DNA of 64,000 bases from NCBI GenBank assembly GCA_964016885.1, contig OZ024744.1:47120001-47184000 (forward strand). The letters are read 5' to 3'. The translations under genes and the position numbers were made by a program. This document shows, piece by piece, positions 41,001 through 52,300 of this stretch. The notes under the pieces are model-generated. The model had not been told where the DNA came from, made no database searches, and saw nothing but the letters and a program-made list of their open reading frames with translations. This stretch comes from Eledone cirrhosa. Taxonomy: Eukaryota. Position 1 is the stretch's first letter. The number at the start of each line of letters is the position of its first letter.

Positions 41001-41200
41001 CACATGCCCACTTCACAGTGTGGGCTGGGTGCTTTTTGCTGTGTCTTTCACATGTCCACTTTACAATGTGGGCTGGGTGCTTTTTGCTGTGTCTTTCAAA
41101 TGTCCACTTTACAATGTGGGCTGGGTGCTTTTTGCTGTGTCTTTCACATGTCCACTTTACAGTGTGGACTCGGTGCTTTTTGCTGTGTCTTTCACCTGTC
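26009..41200. repeat. Large segmental (higher-order) block, copy 2
   Basis: Shares rare variants with 1-18.8 kb in the same order: CATATACAC (about 165/26173), TTTAGAGTGTGGAC (about 366/26374) and CTTGACAG (about 797/26805). It lacks the internal duplications seen at 5-10 kb in copy 1. Confidence 0.85.
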
Positions 41201-44200
41201 CACTTTACAGTGTGGGCTGGGTGCTTTTTGCTGAGTCTTTCACATGTCCACTTTACAGTGTGGGCTGGGTGCTTTTTGCAGTGTCTTTCACACGTCCACT
41301 TTATAGTGTGGGCTGGGTTCTTTTTGCTGTGTCTTTCACATGTCCACTTTACAGTGTGGGCTGGGTGCTTTTTGCTGTGTCTTTCACATGTCCACTTTAC
41401 AATGTGCGCCGGGTGCTTTTTGCTGTGTCTTTCACATGTCCACTTTACAGTGTCGGCTGGGTGCTTGTTGCTGTGTCTTTCTCACGTCCAAATTACAGTG
41501 TGGGCTGGGTGATTTTTGCTGTGTCTTTCACATGTACACTTTACAGTGTGGGCTGGGTGCTTTTTGCAGTGTCTTTCACACGTCCACTTTACAGTGTGTG
41601 CTGGGTGCTTTTTGCTGTGTCTTTCACATGTCCACTTTACAGTGTGGGCTGGGTGCTTTTTGCTGTGTCTTTCACATATCCACTTTACAGTGTGGGCTGG
41701 GTGCTTTTTGCTGAGTCTTTCACACGTCCACTTTACAGTGTGGGCTGGGTGCTTTTTGCTGTGTCTTTCACGCGTCCACTTTACAGTGTGGGCAGGGTGC
41801 TTTTTGCTGTGTCTTTCACATGTCCACTTTACAATGTGGGCTGGGTGCTTTTTGCTGAGTCTTTCACATGTCCACTTTACAGTGTGGGCTGGGTGCTTTT
41901 TGCAGTGTCTTTCACACGTCCACTTTATAGTGTGGGCTGGGTGCTTTTTGCTGTGTCTTTCACATGTCCAATTTACAGTGTGGGCTGGGTGCTTTTTGCT
42001 GTGTCTTTCACATGTCCACTTTACAATGTGCGCCGGGTGCTTTTTGCTGTGTCTTTCACATGTCCACTTTACAGTGTCGGCTGGGTGCTTGTTGCTGTGT
42101 CTTTCTCACGTCCAAATTACAGTGTGGGCTGGGTGATTTTTGCTGTGTCTTTCACATGTACACTTTACAGTGTGGGCTGGGTGCTTTTTGCAGTGTCTTT
42201 CACACGTCCACTTTACAGTGTGTGCTGGGTGCTTTTTGCTGTGTCTTTCACATGTCCACTTTACAGTGTGGGCTGGTTGCTTTTTGCTGTGTCTTTCACA
42301 TATCCACTTTACAGTGTGGGCTGGGTGCTTTTTGCTGTGTCTTTCACGCGTCCACTTTACAGTGTGGGCTGGGTGCTTTTTGCTGTGTCTTTCACATGTC
42401 CACTTTACAATGTGGGCTGGGTGCTTTTTGCTGTGTCTTTCACATGTCCACTTTACAGTGTGGGCTGGGTGCTTTTTGCTGTGTCTTTCACATGTCCACT
42501 TCACAGTGTGGGCTGGGTACTTTTTGCTGTGTCTTTCACACGTCCACTTTACAGTTTGGGCTGGGTGCTTTTTGCTGTGTCTTTCACATGTCCACTTTAC
42601 AGTGTGGGCTGGGTGCTTTTTGCTGTGTCTTTCACATGTCCACTTTACAGTGTGGGCTGGGTGCTTTTTGCTGTGTCTTTCACATGTCCACTTTATAGTG
42701 TGGGCTGTGTGCTTTTTGCTGTGTCTTTCACATGTCCACTTTACAATGTGGGTTGGGTGCTTTTTGCTGTGTCTTTCACATGTCCACTTTACAGTGTGGG
42801 CTGGGTGCTTTTTGCTGTGTCTTTCACATATCCACTTTACAGTGTGGGCTGGGTGCTTTTTGCTGAGTCTTTCACACGTCCACTTTACAGTGTGGGCTGG
42901 GTGCTTTTTGCTGTGTCTTTCACGCGTCCACTTTACAGTGTGGGCTGGGTGCTTTTTGCTGTGTCTTTCACATGTCCACTTTACAATGTGGGCTGGGTGC
43001 TTTTTGCTGTGTCTTTCACATCTCCACTTTACAGTGTGGGCTGGGTGCTTCTTGCAGTGTCTTTCACACGTCCACTTTACAGTGTGGGCTGGGTGCTTAT
43101 TGCTGTGTCTTTCACATGTCCACTATACAGTGTGGGCTGGGTGCTTTTGCTGTGTCTTTCACATGTCCACTTTATAGTGTGTGCTGGGTGCTTTTTGCAG
43201 TGTCTTTCACACGTCCACTCTACAGTGTGGGCTGGGTGCTTTTTGCTGTGTCTTTCACGTGTCCACTTTACAATGTGGGCTGGGTACTTTTTGCTGTGTC
43301 TTTCACATGTCCACTTTACAGTGTGGGCTGGGTGCTTTTTGCTGTGTCTTTCACATGGCCACTTTACAGTGTGGGCTGGGTGCTTTTTGCTGTGTCTTTC
43401 ACATGTCCACTTTACAATGTGAGCTGGGTGCTTTTTGCTGTGTCTTTCACATGTCCACTTTACAGTGTGGGCTGGGTGCTTGTTGCTGTGTCTTTCTCAC
43501 GTCCACTTTACAGTGTGGGCTGGGTGCTTTTTGCTGTGTCTTTCACATGTCCACTTTACAGTGTGGGCTAGGTGCTTTTTTCAGTGTCTTTCACACGTCC
43601 ACTTTACATTGTGGGCTGGGTGCTTGTTGCTGTGTCTTTCTCACGTCCACTTTACAGTGAGGGCTGGGTGCTTTTTGCTGTGTCTTTCACATGTCCACTT
43701 TACAGTGTGGGCTGGGTGCTTTTTTCAGTGTCTTTCACATGTCCACTTTACAGTGTGGGCTGGGCGCTTTTTGAAGTGTCTTTCAAACGTCAACTTTACA
43801 GTGTGGGCTGGGTGCTTTTTACTGTGTCTTTCACATGTCCACTTTATAGTGTGGGCTGTGTGCTTGTTGCTGTGTCTTTCTTCCGTCCACTTTACAGTGT
43901 GGGCTGGGTGCTTGTTGCTGTGTCTTTCACATGTCCACTTTACAGTGTGGGCTGGGTGCTTTTTGCTGAGTCTTTCACACGTCCACTTTACAGTGTGGGC
44001 TGTGTGCTTTTTGCAGTGTCTTTCAAACGTCAACTTTACAGTGTGGGCTGGGTGCTTTTTGCTGTGTCTTTCACATGTCCACTTTACAATGTGGGCTGGG
44101 TGCTTTTTGCTGTGTCTTTCACATGTCCACTTTACAGTGTGGGCTGGGTGCTTCTTGCAGTGTCTTTCACATGTCCACTTTACAGTGTGGGCTGGGTGCT

Positions 44201-46000
44201 TTTTGCTGTGTCTTTCACATGTCCACTTTACAGTGTGGGCGGGGTGCTTTTTGCTGTGCCTTTCACATGTCCACTTTATAGTGTGGGCTGGGTGCTTTTT
44301 GCAGTGTCTTTCACACGTCCACTTTACAGTTTGGGCTGGGTGCTTTTGCTGTGTCTTTCACATGTCCACTTTACAGTGTGGGCTGGTTGCTTTTGCTGTG
44401 TCTTTCACATGTCTACTTTACAATGTGGGCTGGGTGCTTTTTGCTGTGTCTTTCACATGTCCACTTTACAGTGTGGGCTGGGTGCTTCTTGCAGTGTCTT
44501 TCACATGTCCACTTTACAGTGTGGGCTGGGTGCTTTTTGCTGTGTCTTTCACATGTCCACTTTACAATGTGGGCTGGGTGCTTTTTGCTGTGTCTTTCAC
44601 ATGCCCACTTCACAGTGTGGGCTGGGTGCTTTTTGCTGTGTCTTTCACATGTCCACTTTACAATGTGGGCTGGGTGCTTTTTGCTGTGTCTTTCAAATGT
44701 CCACTTTACAATGTGGGCTGGGTGCTTTTTGCTGTGTCTTTCACATGTCCACTTTACAGTGTGGACTCGGTGCTTTTTGCTGTGTCTTTCACCTGTCCAC
44801 TTTACAGTGTGGGCTGGGTGCTTTTTGCTGAGTCTTTCACATGTCCACTTTACAGTGTGGGCTGGGTGCTTTTTGCAGTGTCTTTCACACGTCCACTTTA
44901 TAGTGTGGGCTGGGTTCTTTTTGCTGTGTCTTTCACATGTCCACTTTACAGTGTGGGCTGGGTGCTTTTTGCTGTGTCTTTCACATGTCCACTTTACAAT
45001 GTGCGCCGGGTGCTTTTTGCTGTGTCTTTCACATGTCCACTTTACAGTGTCGGCTGGCTGCTTGTTGCTGTGTCTTTCTCACGTCCAAATTACAGTGTGG
45101 GCTGGGTGATTTTTGCTGTGTCTTTCACATGTACACTTTACAGTGTGGGCTGGGTGCTTTTTGCAGTGTCTTTCACACGTCCACTTTACAGTGTGTGCTG
45201 GGTGCTTTTTGCTGTGTCTTTCACATGTCCACTTTACAGTGTGGGCTGGGTGCTTTTTGCTGTGTCTTTCACATATCCACTTTACAGTGTGGGCTGGGTG
45301 CTTTTTGCTGAGTCTTTCACACGTCCACTTTACAGTGTGGGCTGGGTGCTTTTTGCTGTGTCTTTCACGCGTCCACTTTACAGTGTGGGCAGGGTGCTTT
45401 TTGCTGTGTCTTTCACATGTCCACTTTACAATGTGGGCTGGGTGCTTTTTGCTGAGTCTTTCACATGTCCACTTTACAGTGTGGGCTGGGTGCTTTTTGC
45501 AGTGTCTTTCACACGTCCACTTTATAGTGTGGGCTGGGTGCTTTTTGCTGTGTCTTTCACATGTCCAATTTACAGTGTGGGCTGGGTGCTTTTTGCTGTG
45601 TCTTTCACATGTCCACTTTACAATGTGCGCCGGGTGCTTTTTGCTGTGTCTTTCACATGTCCACTTTACAGTGTCGGCTGGGTGCTTGTTGCTGTGTCTT
45701 TCTCACGTCCAAATTACAGTGTGGGCTGGGTGATTTTTGCTGTGTCTTTCACATGTACACTTTACAGTGTGGGCTGGGTGCTTTTTGCAGTGTCTTTCAC
45801 ACGTCCACTTTACAGTGTGTGCTGGGTGCTTTTTGCTGTGTCTTTCACATGCCACTTTACAGTGTGGGCTGGTTGCTTTTTGCTGTGTCTTTCACATATC
45901 CACTTTACAGTGTGGGCTGGGTGCTTTTTGCTGTGTCTTTCACGCGTCCACTTTACAGTGTGGGCTGGGTGCTTTTTGCTGTGTCTTTCACATGTCCACT
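38800..46000. repeat. Tandem 75-monomer (3597-3598 bp) higher-order duplication
   Basis: ORF pair 39374/42972 is offset by 3598; pairs 39975/43572, 40816/44413, 41340/44937 and 41964/45561 are offset by 3597. Both copies share the GGGTTCTT and GGCAGGG variants. Confidence 0.88.
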
Positions 46001-46399
46001 TTACAATGTGGGCTGGGTGCTTTTTGCTGTGTCTTTCACATCTCCACTTTACAGTGTGGGCTGGGTGCTTCTTGCAGTGTCTTTCACACGTCCACTTTAC
46101 AGTGTGGGCTGGGTGCTTTTTGCTGTGTCTTTCACATGTCCACTTTACAGTGTGGGCTGGGTGCTTTTTGCTGTGTCTTTCACATGTCCACTTTATAGTG
46201 TGGGCTGGGTGCTTTTTGCAGTGTCTTACACACGTCCACTCTACAGTGTGGGCTGGGTGCTTTTTGCTGTGTCTTTCACGTGTCCACTTTACAATGTGGG
46301 CTGGGTACTTTTTGCTGTGTCTTTCACATGTCCACTTTACAGTGTGGGCTGGGTGCTATTTGCTGTGTCTTTCACATGTCCACTTTACAGTGTGGGCTG

Positions 46400-49300
46400 G
46401 GTGCTTTTTGCTGTGTCTTTCACATGTCCACTTTACAATGTGAGCTGGGTGCTTTTTGCTGTGTCTTTCACATCTCCACTTTACAGTGTGGGCTGGGTGC
46501 TTGTTGCTGTGTCTTTCTCACGTCCACTTTACAGTGTGGGCTGGGTGCTTTTTGCTGTGTCTTTCACATGTCCACTTTACAGTGTGGGCTAGGTGCTTTT
46601 TTCAGTGTCTTTCACACGTCCACTTTACATTGTGGGCTGGGTGCTTGTTGCTGTGTCTTTCTCACGTCCACTTTACAGTGCGGGCTGGGTGCTTTTTGCT
46701 GTGTCTTTCACATGTCCACTTTACAGTGTGGGCTGGGTGCTTTTTTCAGTGTCTTTCACATGTCCACTTTACAGTGTGGGCTGGGCGCTTTTTGCAGTGT
46801 CTTTCAAACGTCAACTTTACAGTGTGGGCTGGGTGCTTTTTACTGTGTCTTTCACATGTCCACTTTACAGTGTGGGCTGTGTGCTTGTTGCTGTGTCTTT
46901 CTCCCGTCCACTTTACAGTGTGGGCTGGGTGCTTGTTGCTGTGTCTTTCACATGTCCACTTTACAGTGTGGGCTGGGTGCTTTTTTCAGTGTCTTTTACA
47001 CGTCCACTTTACAGTGTGGGCTGGGTGCTTGTTGCTGTGTCTTTCTCACGTCCACTTTACATTGTGGGCTGGGTGCTTTTTGCTGTGTCTTTCACATGTC
47101 CAGTTTACAGTGTGGGCTGGGTGCTTTTTTCAGTGTCTTTCACACGTCCACTTTACAGTGTGGGCTGGGTGCATGTTGCTGTGTCTTTCTCACGTCCACT
47201 TTACAGTGTGGGCTGGGTGCTTTTTGCTGTGTCTTTCACATGTCCACTTTACAGTGTGGGCTGGGTGCTTTTTTCAGTGTCTTTCACATGTCCACTTTAC
47301 AGTGTGGGCTGGGTGCTTTTTGCTGTGTCTTTCACATGTCCACTTTACAATGTGGGCTGTGTGCTTTTTGCTGTGTCTTTCACATGTCCACTTTACAATG
47401 TGGGCTGGGTGCTTTTTGCTGTGTCTTTCACATGTCCACTTTACAGTGTGGGCTGGGTGCTTTTTGCTGTGTCTTTCACATGTCCACTTGACAGTGTGGG
47501 CTGGGTGCTTTTTGCTGTGTCTTTCACATGTCCACTTTACAGTGTGGGCTGGGTCCTTTTTGCTGTGTCTTTCACATGTCCACTTTACAGTGTGGGCTGT
47601 GTGCTTTTTGCTGTGTCTTTCACATGTCCACTTTACAGTGTGGGCTGGGTGCTTTTTGCTGTGTCTTTCAAATGTCCACTTTACAATGTGGGCTGGGTAC
47701 TTTTTGCTGTGTCTTTCACATGTACACTTTACAATGTGGGCCGGGTGCTTTTTACTGTGTCTTTCACATGTCCACTTTACAGTGTGGGCTGGGTGCTTTT
47801 TGCTGTGTCTTTCACATGTCCACTTCACAGTGTGGGCTGGGTACTTTTTGCTGTGTCTTTCACACGTCCACTTTACAGTTTGGGCTGGGTGCTTTTTGCT
47901 GTGTCTTTCACATGTCCACTTTACAGTGTGGGCTGGGTGCTTTTTGCTGTGTCTTTCACATGTCCACTTTACAGTGTGGGCTGGGTGCTTTTTGCTGTGT
48001 CTTTCACATGTCCACTTTACAGTGTGGGCTGGGTGCTTTTTGCTGTGTCTTTCACATGTCCACTTTACAATGTGGGCTGGGTGCTTTTTGCTGTGTCTTT
48101 CACATGTCCACTCTATAGTGTAGGCTGGGTGCTTTTTGCAGTGTCTTTCACACGTCCACTTTACAGTGTGGGCTGGGTGCTTTTTGCTGTGTCTTTCACA
48201 TGTCCACTTTACAATGTGGACTGGGTGCTTTTTGCTGTGTCTTTCACATGTCCACTTTACAGTGTGGGGTGTGTGCTTCTTGCAGTGTCTTTCACACGTC
48301 CACTTTACAGTGTGGGCTGGGTGCTTTTTGCTGTGTCTTTCACATGTCCACTTTACAGTGTGGGCTGGGTGCTTTTTGCTGTGTCTTTCACATGTCCACT
48401 TTACAGTGTGGGCTGGGTGCTTTTTTCAGTGTCTTTCACATGTCCACTTTACAGTGTGGGCTGGGTGCTTTTTGCTGTGTCTTTCACATGTCCACTTTAC
48501 AATGTGGGCTGGGTGCATTTTTGCTGTGTCTTTCACATGTCCACTTTACAGTGTGGGCTGGGTGCTTTTTGCTGTGTCTTTCACATGTCCACTTCACAGT
48601 GTGGGCTGGGTGCTTTTTGCTGTGTCTTTCACATGTCCACTTTACAGTGTGGGCTGGGTGCTTTTTGCTGTGTCTTTCACATGTCCACTTTACAGTGTGG
48701 GCTGTGTGCTTTCTGCTGTGTCTTTCACATGTCCACTTTACAGTGTGGGCTGGGTGCTTTTTGCTGTGTCTTTCACATGTCCAATTTACAGTGTGGGCTG
48801 GGTGCTTTTTGCTGTGTCTTTCACATGTCCACTTTACAATGTGCGCCGGGTGCTTTTTGCTGTGTCTTTCACATGTCCACTTTACAGTGTCGGCTGGGTG
48901 CTTGTTGCTGTGTCTTTCTCACGTCCAAATTACAGTGTGGGCTGGGTGATTTTTGCTGTGTCTTTCACATGTACACTTTACAGTGTGGGCTGGGTGCTTT
49001 TTGCAGTGTCTTTCACACGTCCACTTTACAGTGTGTGCTGGGTGCTTTTTGCTGTGTCTTTCACATGTCCACTTTACAGTGTGGGCTGGGTGCTTTTTGC
49101 TGTGTCTTTCACATATCCACTTTACAGTGTGGGCTGGGTGCTTTTTGCTGAGTCTTTCACACGTCCACTTTACAGTGTGGGCTGGGTGCTTTTTGCTGTG
49201 TCTTTCACGCGTCCACTTTACAGTGTGGGCAGGGTGCTTTTTGCTGTGTCTTTCACATGTCCACTTTACAATGTGGGCTGGGTGCTTTTTGCTGAGTCTT

Positions 49301-52300
49301 TCACATGTCCACTTTACAGTGTGGGTTGGGTGCTTTTTGCAGTGTCTTTCACACGTCCACTTTATAGTGTGGGCTGGGTGCTTTTTGCTGTGTCTTTCAC
49401 ATGTCCAATTTACAGTGTGGGCTGGGTGCTTTTTGCTGTGTCTTTCACATGTCCACTTTACAATGTGCGCCGGGTGCTTTTTGCTGTGTCTTTCACATGT
49501 CCACTTTACAGTGTCGGCTGGGTGCTTGTTGCTGTGTCTTTCTCACGTCCAAATTACAGTGTGGGCTGGGTGATTTTTGCTGTGTCTTTCACATGTACAC
49601 TTTACAGTGTGGGCTGGGTGCTTTTTGCAGTGTCTTTCACACGTCCACTTTACAGTGTGTGCTGGGTGCTTTTTGCTGTGTCTTTCACATGTCCACTTTA
49701 CAATGTGAGCTGGGTGCTTTTTGCTGTGTCTTTCACATCTCCACTTTACAGTGTGGGCTGGGTGCTTGTTGCTGTGTCTTTCTCACGTCCACTTTACAGT
49801 GTGGGCTGGGTGCTTTTTGCTGTGTCTTTCACATGTCCACTTTACAGTGTGGGCTAGGTGCTTTTTTCAGTGTCTTTCACACGTCCACTTTACATTGTGG
49901 GCTGGGTGCTTGTTGCTGTGTCTTTCTCACGTCCACTTTACAGTGCGGGCTGGGTGCTTTTTGCTGTGTCTTTCACATGTCCACTTTACAGTGTGGGCTG
50001 GGTGCTTTTTTCAGTGTCTTTCACATGTCCACTTTACAGTGTGGGCTGGGCGCTTTTTGCAGTGTCTTTCAAACGTCAACTTTACAGTGTGGGCTGGGTG
50101 CTTTTTACTGTGTCTTTCACATGTCCACTTTACAGTGTGGGCTGTGTGCTTGTTGCTGTGTCTTTCTCCCGTCCACTTTACAGTGTGGGCTGGGTGCTTG
50201 TTGCTGTGTCTTTCACATGTCCACTTTACAGTGTGGGCTGGGTGCTTTTTTCAGTGTCTTTTACACGTCCACTTTACAGTGTGGGCTGGGTGCTTGTTGC
50301 TGTGTCTTTCTCACGTCCACTTTACATTGTGGGCTGGGTGCTTTTTGCTGTGTCTTTCACATGTCCAGTTTACAGTGTGGGCTGGGTGCTTTTTTCAGTG
50401 TCTTTCACACGTCCACTTTACAGTGTGGGCTGGGTGCATGTTGCTGTGTCTTTCTCACGTCCACTTTACAGTGTGGGCTGGGTGCTTTTTGCTGTGTCTT
50501 TCACATGTCCACTTTACAGTGTGGGCTGGGTGCTTTTTTCAGTGTCTTTCACATGTCCACTTTACAGTGTGGGCTGGGTGCTTTTTGCTGTGTCTTTCAC
50601 ATGTCCACTTTACAATGTGGGCTGTGTGCTTTTTGCTGTGTCTTTCACATGTCCACTTTACAATGTGGGCTGGGTGCTTTTTGCTGTGTCTTTCACATGT
50701 CCACTTTACAGTGTGGGCTGGGTGCTTTTTGCTGTGTCTTTCACATGTCCACTTGACAGTGTGGGCTGGGTGCTTTTTGCTGTGTCTTTCACATGTCCAC
50801 TTTACAGTGTGGGCTGGGTCCTTTTTGCTGTGTCTTTCACATGTCCACTTTACAGTGTGGGCTGTGTGCTTTTTGCTGTGTCTTTCACATGTCCACTTTA
50901 CAGTGTGGGCTGGGTGCTTTTTGCTGTGTCTTTCAAATGTCCACTTTACAATGTGGGCTGGGTACTTTTTGCTGTGTCTTTCACATGTACACTTTACAAT
51001 GTGGGCCGGGTGCTTTTTACTGTGTCTTTCACATGTCCACTTTACAGTGTGGGCTGGGTGCTTTTTGCTGTGTCTTTCACATGTCCACTTCACAGTGTGG
51101 GCTGGGTACTTTTTGCTCTGTCTTTCACACGTCCACTTTACAGTTTGGGCTGGGTGCTTTTTGCTGTGTCTTTCACATGTCCACTTTACAGTGTGGGCTG
51201 GGTGCTTTTTGCTGTGTCTTTCACATGTCCACTTTACAGTGTGGGCTGGGTGCTTTTTGCTGTGTCTTTCACATGTCCACTTTACAGTGTGGGCTGGGTG
51301 CTTTTTGCTGTGTCTTTCACATGTCCACTTTACAATGTGGGCTGGGTGCTTTTTGCTGTGTCTTTCACATGTCCACTCTATAGTGTAGGCTGGGTGCTTT
51401 TTGCAGTGTCTTTCACACGTCCACTTTACAGTGTGGGCTGGGTGCTTTTTGCTGTGTCTTTCACATGTCCACTTTACAATGTGGACTGGGTGCTTTTTGC
51501 TGTGTCTTTCACATGTCCACTTTACAGTGTGGGGTGTGTGCTTCTTGCAGTGTCTTTCACACGTCCACTTTACAGTGTGGGCTGGGTGCTTTTTGCTGTG
51601 TCTTTCACATGTCCACTTTACAGTGTGGGCTGGGTGCTTTTTGCTGTGTCTTTCACATGTCCACTTTACAGTGTGGGCTGGGTGCTTTTTTCAGTGTCTT
51701 TCACATGTCCACTTTACAGTGTGGGCTGGGTGCTTTTTGCTGTGTCTTTCACATGTCCACTTTACAATGTGGGCTGGGTGCATTTTTGCTGTGTCTTTCA
51801 CATGTCCACTTTACAGTGTGGGCTGGGTGCTTTTTGCTGTGTCTTTCACATGTCCACTTCACAGTGTGGGCTGGGTGCTTTTTGCTGTGTCTTTCACATG
51901 TCCACTTTACAGTGTGGGCTGGGTGCTTTTTGCTGTGTCTTTCACATGTCCACTTTACAGTGTGGGCTGTGTGCTTTCTGCTGTGTCTTTCACATGTCCA
52001 CTTTACAGTGTGGGCTGGGTGCTTTTTGCTGTGTCTTTCACATGTCCAATTTACAGTGTGGGCTGGGTGCTTTTTGCTGTGTCTTTCACATGTCCACTTT
52101 ACAATGTGCGCCGGGTGCTTTTTGCTGTGTCTTTCACATGTCCACTTTACAGTGTCGGCTGGGTGCTTGTTGCTGTGTCTTTCTCACGTCCAAATTACAG
52201 TGTGGGCTGGGTGATTTTTGCTGTGTCTTTCACATGTACACTTTACAGTGTGGGCTGGGTGCTTTTTGCAGTGTCTTTCACACGTCCACTTTACAGTGTG

